A stretch of 62,465 nt of DNA from an uncultured Bdellovibrionales bacterium (lineage in GTDB: Bacteria; Patescibacteriota; Minisyncoccia; Moranbacterales; UBA2206): the NCBI GenBank assembly GCA_964636505.1, contig CAZWRY010000004.1:4985-67449 (forward strand), in the 5' to 3' direction. Of the stretch, positions 28,110-37,524 are shown piece by piece (the first letter of the stretch is position 1; each line of letters starts with the position of its first letter). Both the position numbers and the translations under genes were made by a program. The notes below the pieces were generated by a model that was not told the DNA's origin, did not search any database, and saw only the letters and a list, made by a program, of their open reading frames with translations.

Positions 28110-31100
28110 ATGGTTAAAGTTGTCAAAACAAATCCCGCTCAGGCCACTCCGACCTGGCAAGATAAAAAAACCAAACAAACCCAAACTGTCATTTCCAAGC
28201 TTCGCCATAAATCCGAGGAAGAAGAAGCTTCTCTTTTTGCCGCCAAACTTGATTTGCCCTACATTGACACTAATCTCATCCCGGTCAGCAATGAAAGCGT
28301 CCGAACTATTTTAGAAGAAGATTCCAAAAGATTCAATGTGGTCGCCATCCAAAAAGACGGGAAACATGTGGCCCTCGCTTCCACCGACCCGACTAAAAAA
28401 GAAACTGCGGATTTTATTGCCAGAATGCAAAAAGAAAACCGCTGGGAAATGAAGGTTTTTGTCATTTCCCATTACAACTTGGAAAAAATCCAGGAGAAGT
28501 ACAAAACCATTTCCTTTGCTGACATTCTTTCTGAGCTCAGCATCAATCTTTCCGATTCAGAGCTGGAAAAATCCGGCCAATACCTGAAGGACCTTGTCGC
28601 TTTAAAGGAAAAAATTTATACCCTTTCTACTACGGAAATTTTAAATGTCATCATGGGCGGGTCTTACAAATTGGACGCGAGTGACATCCATCTGGAACCG
28701 CAAGAAAAAGATTTGCGCTTGCGTTATCGTATTGATGGCGTTTTGCATGATGTTATGACCTTACCCCTTGAATTTCATCGTTCAATTGTTTCCCGCATCA
28801 AAATGATGTCCGGCATGAAATTAAATTTGCGCGATATCGCGCAAGACGGAACTTTTGATATTCGCATGAAGGAAAAGAAGGTCGCCATTCGTGTTTCCAT
28901 CATTCCGGGAAATTTCGGCGAAAGTGTCGTTATGCGTCTTTTGGATCCATCCTCCATACAGGTGGCTTTGGAAAACTTGGGTATCCGAGGCTTGGCTTTT
29001 GAAGAAATAAATAAAAAAATTCATGCACCTAACGGAGTAATTTTAACTACCGGTCCGACCGGATCCGGAAAAACCACCACCCTTTATGCTATTATCAATA
29101 AATTAAACGACCCGGCAACTAAAATTATTACCATTGAAGATCCTATTGAATATGAAGTTAAAGGCGTTTCCCAAACCCAGGTAGAAAAATCTCGCGGTTA
29201 TGATTTTGCCGGAGGCCTGCGAGCTATCGTGCGTCAAGACCCAGATGTTATTCTGGTTGGAGAAATCCGTGATGATGAAACCGCCGAAATTGCTGTCCAA
29301 TCGGCTTTGACCGGACACTTGGTGCTTTCCACTATCCATACCAACAGTGCTATTGGAACTATCCCGCGCTTAATCGAAATGGGTATCAAGCCGACTCTTA
29401 TTCCGCCTTCTATTAATTGTCTTATTGGTCAACGTTTGGTTAGAAAGCTCTGTCCGCATTGCAAAGAAGAATATATCCCGGCTAAAGAATCTCTTGAGTC
29501 GCTCAAAAAAATGTTGTCTATTATTTCACCTAAAGCCAAGGTAGAAATCCCCAAAGAAATCACCAAGCTCTATCGTCCCAAGGGTTGTCCCAAATGCAAT
29601 AACCTAGGCTATAAGGGACGTATCGGAATTTTTGAAGTCCTGACAATCAACGAAGAAATTGAAAAAATAATCATTGAAATGGGCAGTGAAACTGATATCT
29701 CTCTGGCTGCTCTGGAATCTGGGATGATTACGATGCTACAAGATGGAATTTTAAAATCAATTGAAGGCATCACTTCAATTGAGGAAGTTAAAGAAGTTAC
29801 CGGAGAAGGCGAATATTTGCAAGATTTATATGAAAAATTAATGTCGCAAACCTTGGGCAAAGGCATTTGGATTACTCCGGAAGCTTATCAAAAAGCCCGG
29901 GAAAATATAAGCGACTTTAAAAAACTGCAAGAAGTTATTGACGGATCGGGAGTTAAAGAAATAAACAAAATTATTTTTGCGGCCGCAACTCTCCTGGGCA
30001 CCGGGGATATCCATATTGAACCAGGAGCGGAAAATGTCCACATTCGGTTTCGTATTGACGGCATTTTGCAAACAATTGTTAATATTCCCCTCACCGATTA
30101 CCCGAACCTTTTGGGAGAAATAAAAATTCTCAGCAATGTTAAAACTGAAGTGCGCCAAGGCGTGGTGGACAGTCGTTTTGCCATTCAGTTTGATGAAGAA
30201 ATTAAAGACGTGAAAGAAAGATCGGTTGATGTGCGTGTTTCTATAATCCTTGGCGGCTATGGAGAGACTGTGGTTATGCGACTTCTCAGTAAAGCAACCC
30301 AGGAATTGGATGTTAAAAAATTAGGCATTCGCCAACAAAATTTAGATAAGATTATTCACGAAGTCAGCAAACCGAACGGGGTCTTCCTTAATACCGGTCC
30401 GACCGGATCCGGAAAAACCACCACCCTTTACAGCATTATCAATTTTGTTAATAAACCGGAAATTAAAATCATTACCGTTGAAGATCCTATTGAATATCAA
30501 ATTGAAGGAATCCTGCAAACTCCAGTTAATGACAAAGAAGGCTATACTTTTTCCACTGCCCTACGATCACTGTTGCGTCAAAATCCAGACATTATGATGA
30601 TTGGAGAAATCCGTGATGATGAAACCGCACAAATTGCTGTTCAATCGGCTTTGACCGGACACTTGGTGCTTTCCACTATCCACACCAATAATGCGGCCGG
30701 TGCAGTGCAAAGAATGCTCAATATGGGAGTGTCCTCTTCTGATATCGCCTCTTCAGTTAATGCTTTCATGGCCCAGCGTTTGGTCAGAAAACTTTGCGAT
30801 TGCAAAAAAGAAGTTGAACTCACGCCAGAAGAAAAAACCAAGATTGAAGAAGTCTTGAAAACCATCTCGCCCAAAAGCGGAATTGAAATCCCTAAAATAG
30901 ACAGAGTTTGGAAACCGCAGGGATGTGAAAAATGTAACCATATCGGTTATAAAGGACGTACTACCGTGAGCGAAGTTTTTGTTATTGATAAAGATCTCCA
31001 GAATCTCATATCTCAACAAGCTATCACTTCCGAACTTAATGAAAAAGCGGTTGAAAACGGAATGATAACCATGGTTCAGGATGGTATTCTGAAAGTTTTG

Positions 31101-31148
31101 GAAGGTGAAACATCTTTGGAGGAAGTAGAGAGAGTAACAGAACTTTAA
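28110..31148 (+). CDS. Type IV pilus/T2SS assembly ATPase with two tandem PilB/GspE modules
   Basis: GPTGSGKTTTLY, EDPIEY, GEIRD and LSTIHTN each occur twice, with Cys clusters in both halves. Confidence 0.93.
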   Translation: MVKVVKTNPAQATPTWQDKKTKQTQTVISKLRHKSEEEEASLFAAKLDLPYIDTNLIPVSNESVRTILEEDSKRFNVVAIQKDGKHVALASTDPTKKETADFIARMQKENRWEMKVFVISHYNLEKIQEKYKTISFADILSELSINLSDSELEKSGQYLKDLVALKEKIYTLSTTEILNVIMGGSYKLDASDIHLEPQEKDLRLRYRIDGVLHDVMTLPLEFHRSIVSRIKMMSGMKLNLRDIAQDGTFDIRMKEKKVAIRVSIIPGNFGESVVMRLLDPSSIQVALENLGIRGLAFEEINKKIHAPNGVILTTGPTGSGKTTTLYAIINKLNDPATKIITIEDPIEYEVKGVSQTQVEKSRGYDFAGGLRAIVRQDPDVILVGEIRDDETAEIAVQSALTGHLVLSTIHTNSAIGTIPRLIEMGIKPTLIPPSINCLIGQRLVRKLCPHCKEEYIPAKESLESLKKMLSIISPKAKVEIPKEITKLYRPKGCPKCNNLGYKGRIGIFEVLTINEEIEKIIIEMGSETDISLAALESGMITMLQDGILKSIEGITSIEEVKEVTGEGEYLQDLYEKLMSQTLGKGIWITPEAYQKARENISDFKKLQEVIDGSGVKEINKIIFAAATLLGTGDIHIEPGAENVHIRFRIDGILQTIVNIPLTDYPNLLGEIKILSNVKTEVRQGVVDSRFAIQFDEEIKDVKERSVDVRVSIILGGYGETVVMRLLSKATQELDVKKLGIRQQNLDKIIHEVSKPNGVFLNTGPTGSGKTTTLYSIINFVNKPEIKIITVEDPIEYQIEGILQTPVNDKEGYTFSTALRSLLRQNPDIMMIGEIRDDETAQIAVQSALTGHLVLSTIHTNNAAGAVQRMLNMGVSSSDIASSVNAFMAQRLVRKLCDCKKEVELTPEEKTKIEEVLKTISPKSGIEIPKIDRVWKPQGCEKCNHIGYKGRTTVSEVFVIDKDLQNLISQQAITSELNEKAVENGMITMVQDGILKVLEGETSLEEVERVTEL

Positions 31149-31172
31149 ATTAGTTGATAGTTTTTAGAATTA

Positions 31173-31202
31173 AAAAACATCCCAAAAGATTGGGATGTTT
31201 TT
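31173..31202. terminator. Bidirectional terminator
   Basis: aaaaacatccca-aaagat-tgggatgttttt. Confidence 0.85.
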
Positions 31203-31211
31203 GTTATATGT

Positions 31212-31390
31212 TGTATGACAATAATCTGTAGACAAATCCCAAGACTCGGAGCCCCGGGGAAGGAACAGTGTCGAGGAGCAGTCCAGCCTAAACCAAACAG
31301 TCCGTATCTGGGCAAAAAAGTTCCCGAAATTGAGGATAAAAGATAGAGACCCCCAATTGCCTACAGTTTACTGCTAATCATCAAAAAACT
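31212..31390 (-). ncRNA. 6S RNA-like non-coding RNA
   Basis: Minus strand folds as a long hairpin: caguaa-a-cuguaggcaau pairs with auuugucuacag-a-uuauug using GU pairs, with a central bubble. Own promoter and terminator, no ORF. Confidence 0.55.
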
Positions 31391-31423
31391 AGCGCTAAAT
31401 GGCAGTATTTAAGATGACTTATT

Positions 31424-31452
31424 ACATTAGCACAGCTTTCAAAAAATGTCAA
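31424..31452 (-). promoter_or_regulatory. Sigma70-type promoter for the ncRNA
   Basis: TTGACA (31452-31447)-17 bp-TAATGT (31429-31424) with upstream TG. Confidence 0.6.
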
Positions 31453-31471
31453 GCCGTGTTAAACTGGGCTC

Positions 31472-32476
31472 ATGATAACAAATTCCAGCGAACAATTAGA
31501 AGATCTCAATTTGGATAACACTCTGCGTCCACAAAATTTCACTGAATATATCGGCCAAGAGAAAGTCAAAACAAATTTAGACATTCTTCTGAAAGCGGCC
31601 CAAAAAAGAAAAGATCCGGTAGAACATATTTTGCTTTACGGTCCAGCCGGACTCGGCAAAACGACTTTGGCTAATATTATTGCCAAAGAAATGGGTGTTA
31701 ATATTAAAACTACTTCCGGACCAGCCATTGAAAGAGTGGGAGATTTTGGTTCCATTCTTACCAACCTGCAAGATGGGGACATCTTATTTATTGATGAAAT
31801 ACATCGTCTCAACAAATTAATTGAAGAAGTTCTTTATCCGGCCATGGAAGATTACAAGCTGGATATCATAATTGGCAAAGGCCCTTCAGCCAGGACTATT
31901 CAGCTTGATTTGCCAAAGTTTACCCTCATCGGAGCTACCACAAAATTAGGCTCTCTCTCTAATCCCTTACGCAATCGTTTTGGCGCTACTTACCGCCTGG
32001 ATTTTTATAAAAATGCAGACATAAAAAAAATATTAGAACGTTCCAGCCGAATTTTAAATGTCCAGATTGAAGAAACCGGACTTGAAAAAATTGCCAGTTG
32101 CGCTCGTTTCACCCCTCGTGTCGCTAATAGACTTTTGAAACGTGTACGTGATTTTTCCGAAATAAAAAACTGTCTGTCCATTGACAGCGCTGTAGCAGGT
32201 GATGCTCTTAAAATGATTGATATTGACCATGTAGGCCTTGAAGATGTTGACAGGCAGATCCTTAGGACTATTATTGAGAAATTTGACGGAGGCCCCGTTG
32301 GATTGGGTACCTTGGCCGCAGCTACCTCAGAAGAAATCAAAACCATTGAAGATGTCTATGAGCCTTACTTGATCCAAATTGGATTTCTAGCCAGAACCCC
32401 GCGCGGCAGAATTGTTACCAAAAGTGGCTATGAACACTTAAATATCCCCTATCCAAACCAAGGAAGTTTGCTATAA
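31472..32476 (+). CDS. ruvB: Holliday junction branch migration helicase RuvB
   Basis: [35 protein letters not shown]. Confidence 0.97.
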   Translation: MITNSSEQLEDLNLDNTLRPQNFTEYIGQEKVKTNLDILLKAAQKRKDPVEHILLYGPAGLGKTTLANIIAKEMGVNIKTTSGPAIERVGDFGSILTNLQDGDILFIDEIHRLNKLIEEVLYPAMEDYKLDIIIGKGPSARTIQLDLPKFTLIGATTKLGSLSNPLRNRFGATYRLDFYKNADIKKILERSSRILNVQIEETGLEKIASCARFTPRVANRLLKRVRDFSEIKNCLSIDSAVAGDALKMIDIDHVGLEDVDRQILRTIIEKFDGGPVGLGTLAAATSEEIKTIEDVYEPYLIQIGFLARTPRGRIVTKSGYEHLNIPYPNQGSLL

Positions 32477-32507
32477 TTAAAGAAAACAATTTTAAAAAAT
32501 AAAACTT

Positions 32508-32732
32508 ATGGTTTCCTTAGCCATCTTAGCCTTGTATGCAATTATTGTTTTTGTTTATATTATCTTGTCTTTTTTTATCGTGTATCACCTAGCTAACTTT
32601 TCCGTAAAGTCTTCTATTACCACGGTTATCCTGTTTTTTTTCGTTGCCATCTCAAGCGGATTATTAATCATCAATGCCGCTTTGTTTTTTTCTGTTGACT
32701 GGACATATCTTTTATCAAATTTTTTATCTTAA
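32508..32732 (+). CDS. Small membrane protein
   Basis: Two hydrophobic helices. Confidence 0.6.
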   Translation: MVSLAILALYAIIVFVYIILSFFIVYHLANFSVKSSITTVILFFFVAISSGLLIINAALFFSVDWTYLLSNFLS

Positions 32733-32741
32733 TTCAACAAA

Positions 32742-33323
32742 ATGAAACTGAGAAATCTTTTTGCCTATTGCTTTAGAGGACAAGAACACGGTGAGCCTAT
32801 TTTAGCCATCCTAAGACGCCACTGGTTCAATGTTTTAATTCAATTTGTACCTATTATTTTCTTAGCTGCGGTTTTGTTTGCCGGTCTATTTTATTTACCG
32901 GACATTTTTAACCTTTCCAACAATCAAGTTTTTCAAGATTTCTTTTATTTTTTAGAGAGTCTTTTGGCAATGTTTGTTTGTGTTTTATCTTTCTTGGTTT
33001 GGGTTGATTTTTATTTGGACACCTGGATAGTCACCGACAGAAGAATCATCAATATTGAACAAAAGGGTCTTTTTTCAAGAGTTAACAGTGAATTGGCCCT
33101 GGATAAGATCCAAGATGTTACCACAGATGTAACCGGTTTTTTTCCTACTCTTTTTAATTACGGCGATGTGTTTGTACAAACGGCCGCCGAGAAAGAGCGA
33201 TTTGTTTTTCGCAAGGTTCCCAATCCCTACAAAGTAAAGGATTTGCTGATGAAATTGCAAAAAGAAAAAGAGCATGAAAAAACCCAGAAATTTGAACACA
33301 TGCTTCATGAGCAATTAGGTTAA
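32742..33323 (+). CDS. Bacterial PH-domain membrane protein
   Basis: WIVTDRRIINIEQKGLFSR..KIQDVT..LFNYGDVFVQTA. Confidence 0.82.
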   Translation: MKLRNLFAYCFRGQEHGEPILAILRRHWFNVLIQFVPIIFLAAVLFAGLFYLPDIFNLSNNQVFQDFFYFLESLLAMFVCVLSFLVWVDFYLDTWIVTDRRIINIEQKGLFSRVNSELALDKIQDVTTDVTGFFPTLFNYGDVFVQTAAEKERFVFRKVPNPYKVKDLLMKLQKEKEHEKTQKFEHMLHEQLG

Positions 33324-33345
33324 ATTTTAAATATTCCACAGAACT

Positions 33346-35025
33346 TTGGAAATAAGGAGGGCCCCAAAAAGCAAAACTAAAAAATTGTTTCTTTTTTTGG
33401 CATTGCCAATTTTTTTGACGGTGTTTTTTGTTACTGATAAAAAAGTTTTGGCAACTGAACATTCTGTAATTATAACTAAAGTTTTATACAACCCGGCCGG
33501 AAGCGACAATAAAACTGATCCCGAGTCTTTTGAGAGCATTGTTTTAAAAAATACTTCCAGCAACAGCGTTGACATAAGCACTTGGGAAATAAGACTGGGC
33601 ACCTATTTTTCTCTTTCAAAAATAATCACGCCGGTTCCGGCCGGGAAAACCTTAACTATTTATTTAGGAACAGGATCTGACAGCAATTTGGACTTTACAG
33701 AAACAACGGAAGCCGCTCTGTTCGTAAATAAAAGTGGCAGCCAATTAGGAGACAAAAAAGGCGAAATTTCACTCTACAAAAGCCCTTCGCACACCAAAGA
33801 TATGTTAGTGGACTATGTTGCCTATGGAAACAAAAGCACTTCTACAAACTACGAGCAAGCCTTGCTGGCCAAGCTTTGGGCGATTGATGATTTCGCCCCC
33901 TTGGTGGAAGAAGATTGTTTCATTGAATTGGAGGAAAAAATAAAAAATAACTCTTCTGACTGGAAATCCAATTGCCCAGAGAAAAAAGAAGAAGAATCCG
34001 GGCCTATTAAGATTTCTTTGGATGATAAAATATACGAAAACATTTTTGCAGATTTTAAAATTTCAGGCCTTAGCCAAAGCGCTAAGGTTGTTTGGACATT
34101 TGGAGATAACCATAAAAGTTATAAGCAAAAAACACGACACAAGTACAACACAGCTGGAACCTATGCCGCCAGCGTTAAATATCCCAGCGGCAACCAAGAA
34201 GTAATTGAAAATTTCACCGTCATTGTTAAAAAAATTCCTCATCCGGAAGTAAAAATCATCTCCATTAATGCCAATCCCGCCGGAAAAGACGCGGACAATG
34301 AAACCATTATCTTGCAAAACAAATCCAAAAAGAAAGTTAATTTAAAGGGCTGGAGCATTGCTACTGGATGGAAAAAACTAGTCAACCACTCAATTACCAA
34401 AGATTTTGAAATAAAAAAAGGCAAAGAAAAAGAAATTACTCGAGAATTTTCCCTCTTTACACTAAACAACAAAAAGTCTGAAGTGGAACTGCGCTATCCC
34501 GACGGCAAGATAGCGGACAGCATAAAGTATAATAAGAAAAAAGAAACCGTTATTGAAGGAGAGATTTATCAAAAAGAAAAAGGTAAAAAATGGAAATGGG
34601 TTGCGCCTCCAAAAACGGCTTCCTTAGCTAAAAATACTGTCATAGATAAAAAAGATACTGAAAATATTAGTCTTCCGGAAAACAAATCCCTTCCTTTTAA
34701 CTTACCTCAAGAAATAAAGATTGAACCAGAAATAGACACAAAAGAAAACCAAAAAACTTCTAAAGAATTGCTCGGACACTTCTCCCCAAGAAAAAACCAA
34801 AAGCAAAACATTGAAAAGCAACTTTTGAGCTTTAATGATTCTAAGGCTAATCCAAAATTTACCCAAAAATTAAAGTCCTGGGAACAAGGCTTTGTTTTTG
34901 GCACTTCAATAACAAAAAATGCTCGCCCAAAAAACGATGAAGCTTTTCCAGAACACATTCTAAAGAGCTATTTTTACAAAATAAATTTATATTTAAACGA
35001 ATTTATCTTAAAACTTCAGAATTAA
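33346..35025 (+). CDS. Secreted lamin-tail-domain / PKD-domain protein
   Basis: ITKVLYNPAGSD..ESIVLKN; WTFGD..HKY..GTY; ISINANPAGKDADNETIILQN. Confidence 0.72.
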   Translation: MEIRRAPKSKTKKLFLFLALPIFLTVFFVTDKKVLATEHSVIITKVLYNPAGSDNKTDPESFESIVLKNTSSNSVDISTWEIRLGTYFSLSKIITPVPAGKTLTIYLGTGSDSNLDFTETTEAALFVNKSGSQLGDKKGEISLYKSPSHTKDMLVDYVAYGNKSTSTNYEQALLAKLWAIDDFAPLVEEDCFIELEEKIKNNSSDWKSNCPEKKEEESGPIKISLDDKIYENIFADFKISGLSQSAKVVWTFGDNHKSYKQKTRHKYNTAGTYAASVKYPSGNQEVIENFTVIVKKIPHPEVKIISINANPAGKDADNETIILQNKSKKKVNLKGWSIATGWKKLVNHSITKDFEIKKGKEKEITREFSLFTLNNKKSEVELRYPDGKIADSIKYNKKKETVIEGEIYQKEKGKKWKWVAPPKTASLAKNTVIDKKDTENISLPENKSLPFNLPQEIKIEPEIDTKENQKTSKELLGHFSPRKNQKQNIEKQLLSFNDSKANPKFTQKLKSWEQGFVFGTSITKNARPKNDEAFPEHILKSYFYKINLYLNEFILKLQN

Positions 35026-36588
35026 AACAAAAAGAACTATTAAACTGGCCAAATAAACCGCAAAAATCGGCCATTCTTGATATTTTTTTCTGTTCACAAA
35101 ATAAAATTGAATTAGTCCTAAAAAAACCGAAAGCCAAAAAATAATCTGATTTCCAATCAAAAGTCCGGCAAAAACATAGGCCATTAAAAAGCCGCCTCCG
35201 ATTAAAAGCTTTCCTCTCGCCAAACCCATCAGTACCGGTAAGGTTTTAATTTTTTCTTTTTTATCGCCCTCATAGTCTTTTATGTCAATAAAGTTGATAG
35301 CCAGAAGACAACTGAATAAAAATAATCCGCCCAACAAGAAAAAGTTATCAAATTTTTCTCCGAAGTCCTGAACAAACTTTAAAAAATATAAAATATTAAG
35401 GTTATTTAGACCATTGAAACCGAGAATGATCAGGGCCCACGAGTTTATTAAAATAGGCAATTTAGAAAGAAATGGAATTCTCTTTAAGCGCAGTGGAGGC
35501 ATAGAATAAAGAAAGTAATTTCCTATGCAAAACAATATTAAAAAGAAAACCTTAAAATTCACTGCCAATGCATAAGCCAAGGCTAGACACAAGAAAATCC
35601 AAGCCAGTTTTTTATAATCACTCAAGGAAATTACTGAACTTACCAATGGCCTGTCCTTGTTGCAAATTTTATCAATTTCAATGTCCGCCATGTTGTTCGT
35701 TATGGCGGAAAAAATTCCGGCAAAGAGAATGCTGATGAAAATAAACGGAATATAGAAAATATTTTCTTCACTTATAATCGGCTGGTTTTTTATTTCCAAA
35801 ACCCAAATGAAGCCCAAAACAAACATCAGCCAAAAATGCAATAGCCTCATGAGTCTGATGTCTTTGACCATACTCCAAAAAAAGGCCTTATTTCCAAGAA
35901 AAGCCAGGATGATTAGCCAGAGAAAACCCAAAAGCAGATAAAAATTATTAAAAAGAGTTTCCGAATACTTAAAAGGCAAATTAAGCCAATCAAAAAATAT
36001 TTTCATAAAGTAAGGACTGAGTGCGTATAAAAAAATTATCGTATAAATCAAAATGGTTCCAAAAATAATTTTAAACCAGCTTAGTCCTTTAACATAAAAA
36101 TATATTGCGATTCCGACAAGGACCAGGAAAATTTCTATTTTTAATCCGGGTGAAACCCCAAACTCTTGAAATTTACCAAAAAAGGTAACAAACCTTTCAA
36201 TAAGCGTTCCGAAGCTGCCATGATATTCAGGCATTAAATAGGTAATATGGTTTCCCTTCCCTCCTGTAATAATCAAATCTATAATCGGTCCCACAATTAA
36301 GACCACAAAACTAGAAAAAACCAGTTTAAATAAGGCTGAGATTCTTTCTTTGGTTAAAAAATAAAAAACAGTTACAAGGGTTAGCCCCAATATAGTATAA
36401 GACAAATAAAAATGCAGCAGCATTGATTCTTTAATCCAGGTGTTGTTGGAAAAAAACTCTATAAAATTTCTAAGCGTAACTGCTGCTAAAAAAGTAAAAA
36501 GAGCGTACCAAATCGGCAGTCTCGGATCTTCTAGTGCGCTAATGATTTTTTTGGCTAAAAATAGCCCCTTTTCAATAATTTTTTTCAT
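35008..36588 (-). CDS. UbiA-family prenyltransferase with extra N-terminal membrane domain
   Basis: NNMADIEIDKICNKDRPL and DIKDYEGD motifs; many TM helices. Confidence 0.8.
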   Translation of the reverse strand: MKKIIEKGLFLAKKIISALEDPRLPIWYALFTFLAAVTLRNFIEFFSNNTWIKESMLLHFYLSYTILGLTLVTVFYFLTKERISALFKLVFSSFVVLIVGPIIDLIITGGKGNHITYLMPEYHGSFGTLIERFVTFFGKFQEFGVSPGLKIEIFLVLVGIAIYFYVKGLSWFKIIFGTILIYTIIFLYALSPYFMKIFFDWLNLPFKYSETLFNNFYLLLGFLWLIILAFLGNKAFFWSMVKDIRLMRLLHFWLMFVLGFIWVLEIKNQPIISEENIFYIPFIFISILFAGIFSAITNNMADIEIDKICNKDRPLVSSVISLSDYKKLAWIFLCLALAYALAVNFKVFFLILFCIGNYFLYSMPPLRLKRIPFLSKLPILINSWALIILGFNGLNNLNILYFLKFVQDFGEKFDNFFLLGGLFLFSCLLAINFIDIKDYEGDKKEKIKTLPVLMGLARGKLLIGGGFLMAYVFAGLLIGNQIIFWLSVFLGLIQFYFVNRKKYQEWPIFAVYLASLIVLFVLILKF

Positions 36589-36742
36589 AGTCTTTAATCC
36601 TTTTAACTGAATTTTACCTACAACAATCCTATATTAAAAAAGAGTCTTTGTAAAACCTTTCTAAATAACCAAATAAAAAAATAATTGAAAATAAAGATTT
36701 AAGATGCTAGACTTTAATCATAAGCATTTTTATTTTAATTTT

Positions 36743-37456
36743 ATGTCAGGACACAGCCATTGGGCGGGAATTAAGCACAGAAAAGGACTTAATGACGCTA
36801 AAAAAGCGCAGATTTTTACTAAACACGGGAAATTGATTACTATTGCGGCCAAAACAGGCGGCGGAAAACCGGAAAGCAATTTTCAATTGCGCCTAGCTAT
36901 TGAAAGAGCCAGAGCAGAAAATATGCCCAAGGATAAAATAGAAAAAGCCATTCAGCGCGGTACAGGCGAACTTAAAGGACAAGCTGAAATTCAAGAAGTT
37001 ATATATGAAGCTTATGGTCCAGGACAAGTTGCCATGATGATTAAGGCCGCCACAGATAACAAAAATAGAACTTTGGGAGAAATTCGCACCTTGCTTACAA
37101 AAAACGGCGGGAAAATGGTAGCCGAAGGGGCCATCGGATTTCTCTTTAGGCAAGTTGGTGAAATTGTAGTTGAAATAAAAAACAATTCAGATGTTCTTGA
37201 AATGTTGGCCATTGAAGCCGGAGCCGAAGATACAGAAATAACTGATAAGTTTTTAAATATCTTCACGAAAGTTTCTGATTTGCAAAAAGTCAAAGAGGTC
37301 TTGGAAAAAGAAGGATTGAGAATTGAAAATGCAAGCTTAGCCTATGTTCCTTTGCAAAAAACTACTTTGAACGAAAAGAGCAAAGAAGCTTACGAAAAAC
37401 TTCTGGAAATTCTTGATGATCAAGAAGATGTAGAAATTATTTACGACAACCTTTAG
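36743..37456 (+). CDS. YebC/PmpR family protein
   Basis: MSGHSHWAGIKHRKG, YEAYGPG, TDNKNRT. Confidence 0.95.
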   Translation: MSGHSHWAGIKHRKGLNDAKKAQIFTKHGKLITIAAKTGGGKPESNFQLRLAIERARAENMPKDKIEKAIQRGTGELKGQAEIQEVIYEAYGPGQVAMMIKAATDNKNRTLGEIRTLLTKNGGKMVAEGAIGFLFRQVGEIVVEIKNNSDVLEMLAIEAGAEDTEITDKFLNIFTKVSDLQKVKEVLEKEGLRIENASLAYVPLQKTTLNEKSKEAYEKLLEILDDQEDVEIIYDNL

Positions 37457-37524
37457 TTATCCTGAACAAATCTAAGCTCTTAATTTTTTAATGTTTTAAA
37501 CATTAGAAATTTAAGCATTAAAAA

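Noticed and set aside
31212-31390. SRP RNA, RNase P RNA or tmRNA
   Set aside because: The plus-strand GGAAGGAACAG only loosely resembles SRP helix 8. There is no GAGGAAAGTCC or tRNA-like end, and the promoter and GU pairs favour the minus strand.
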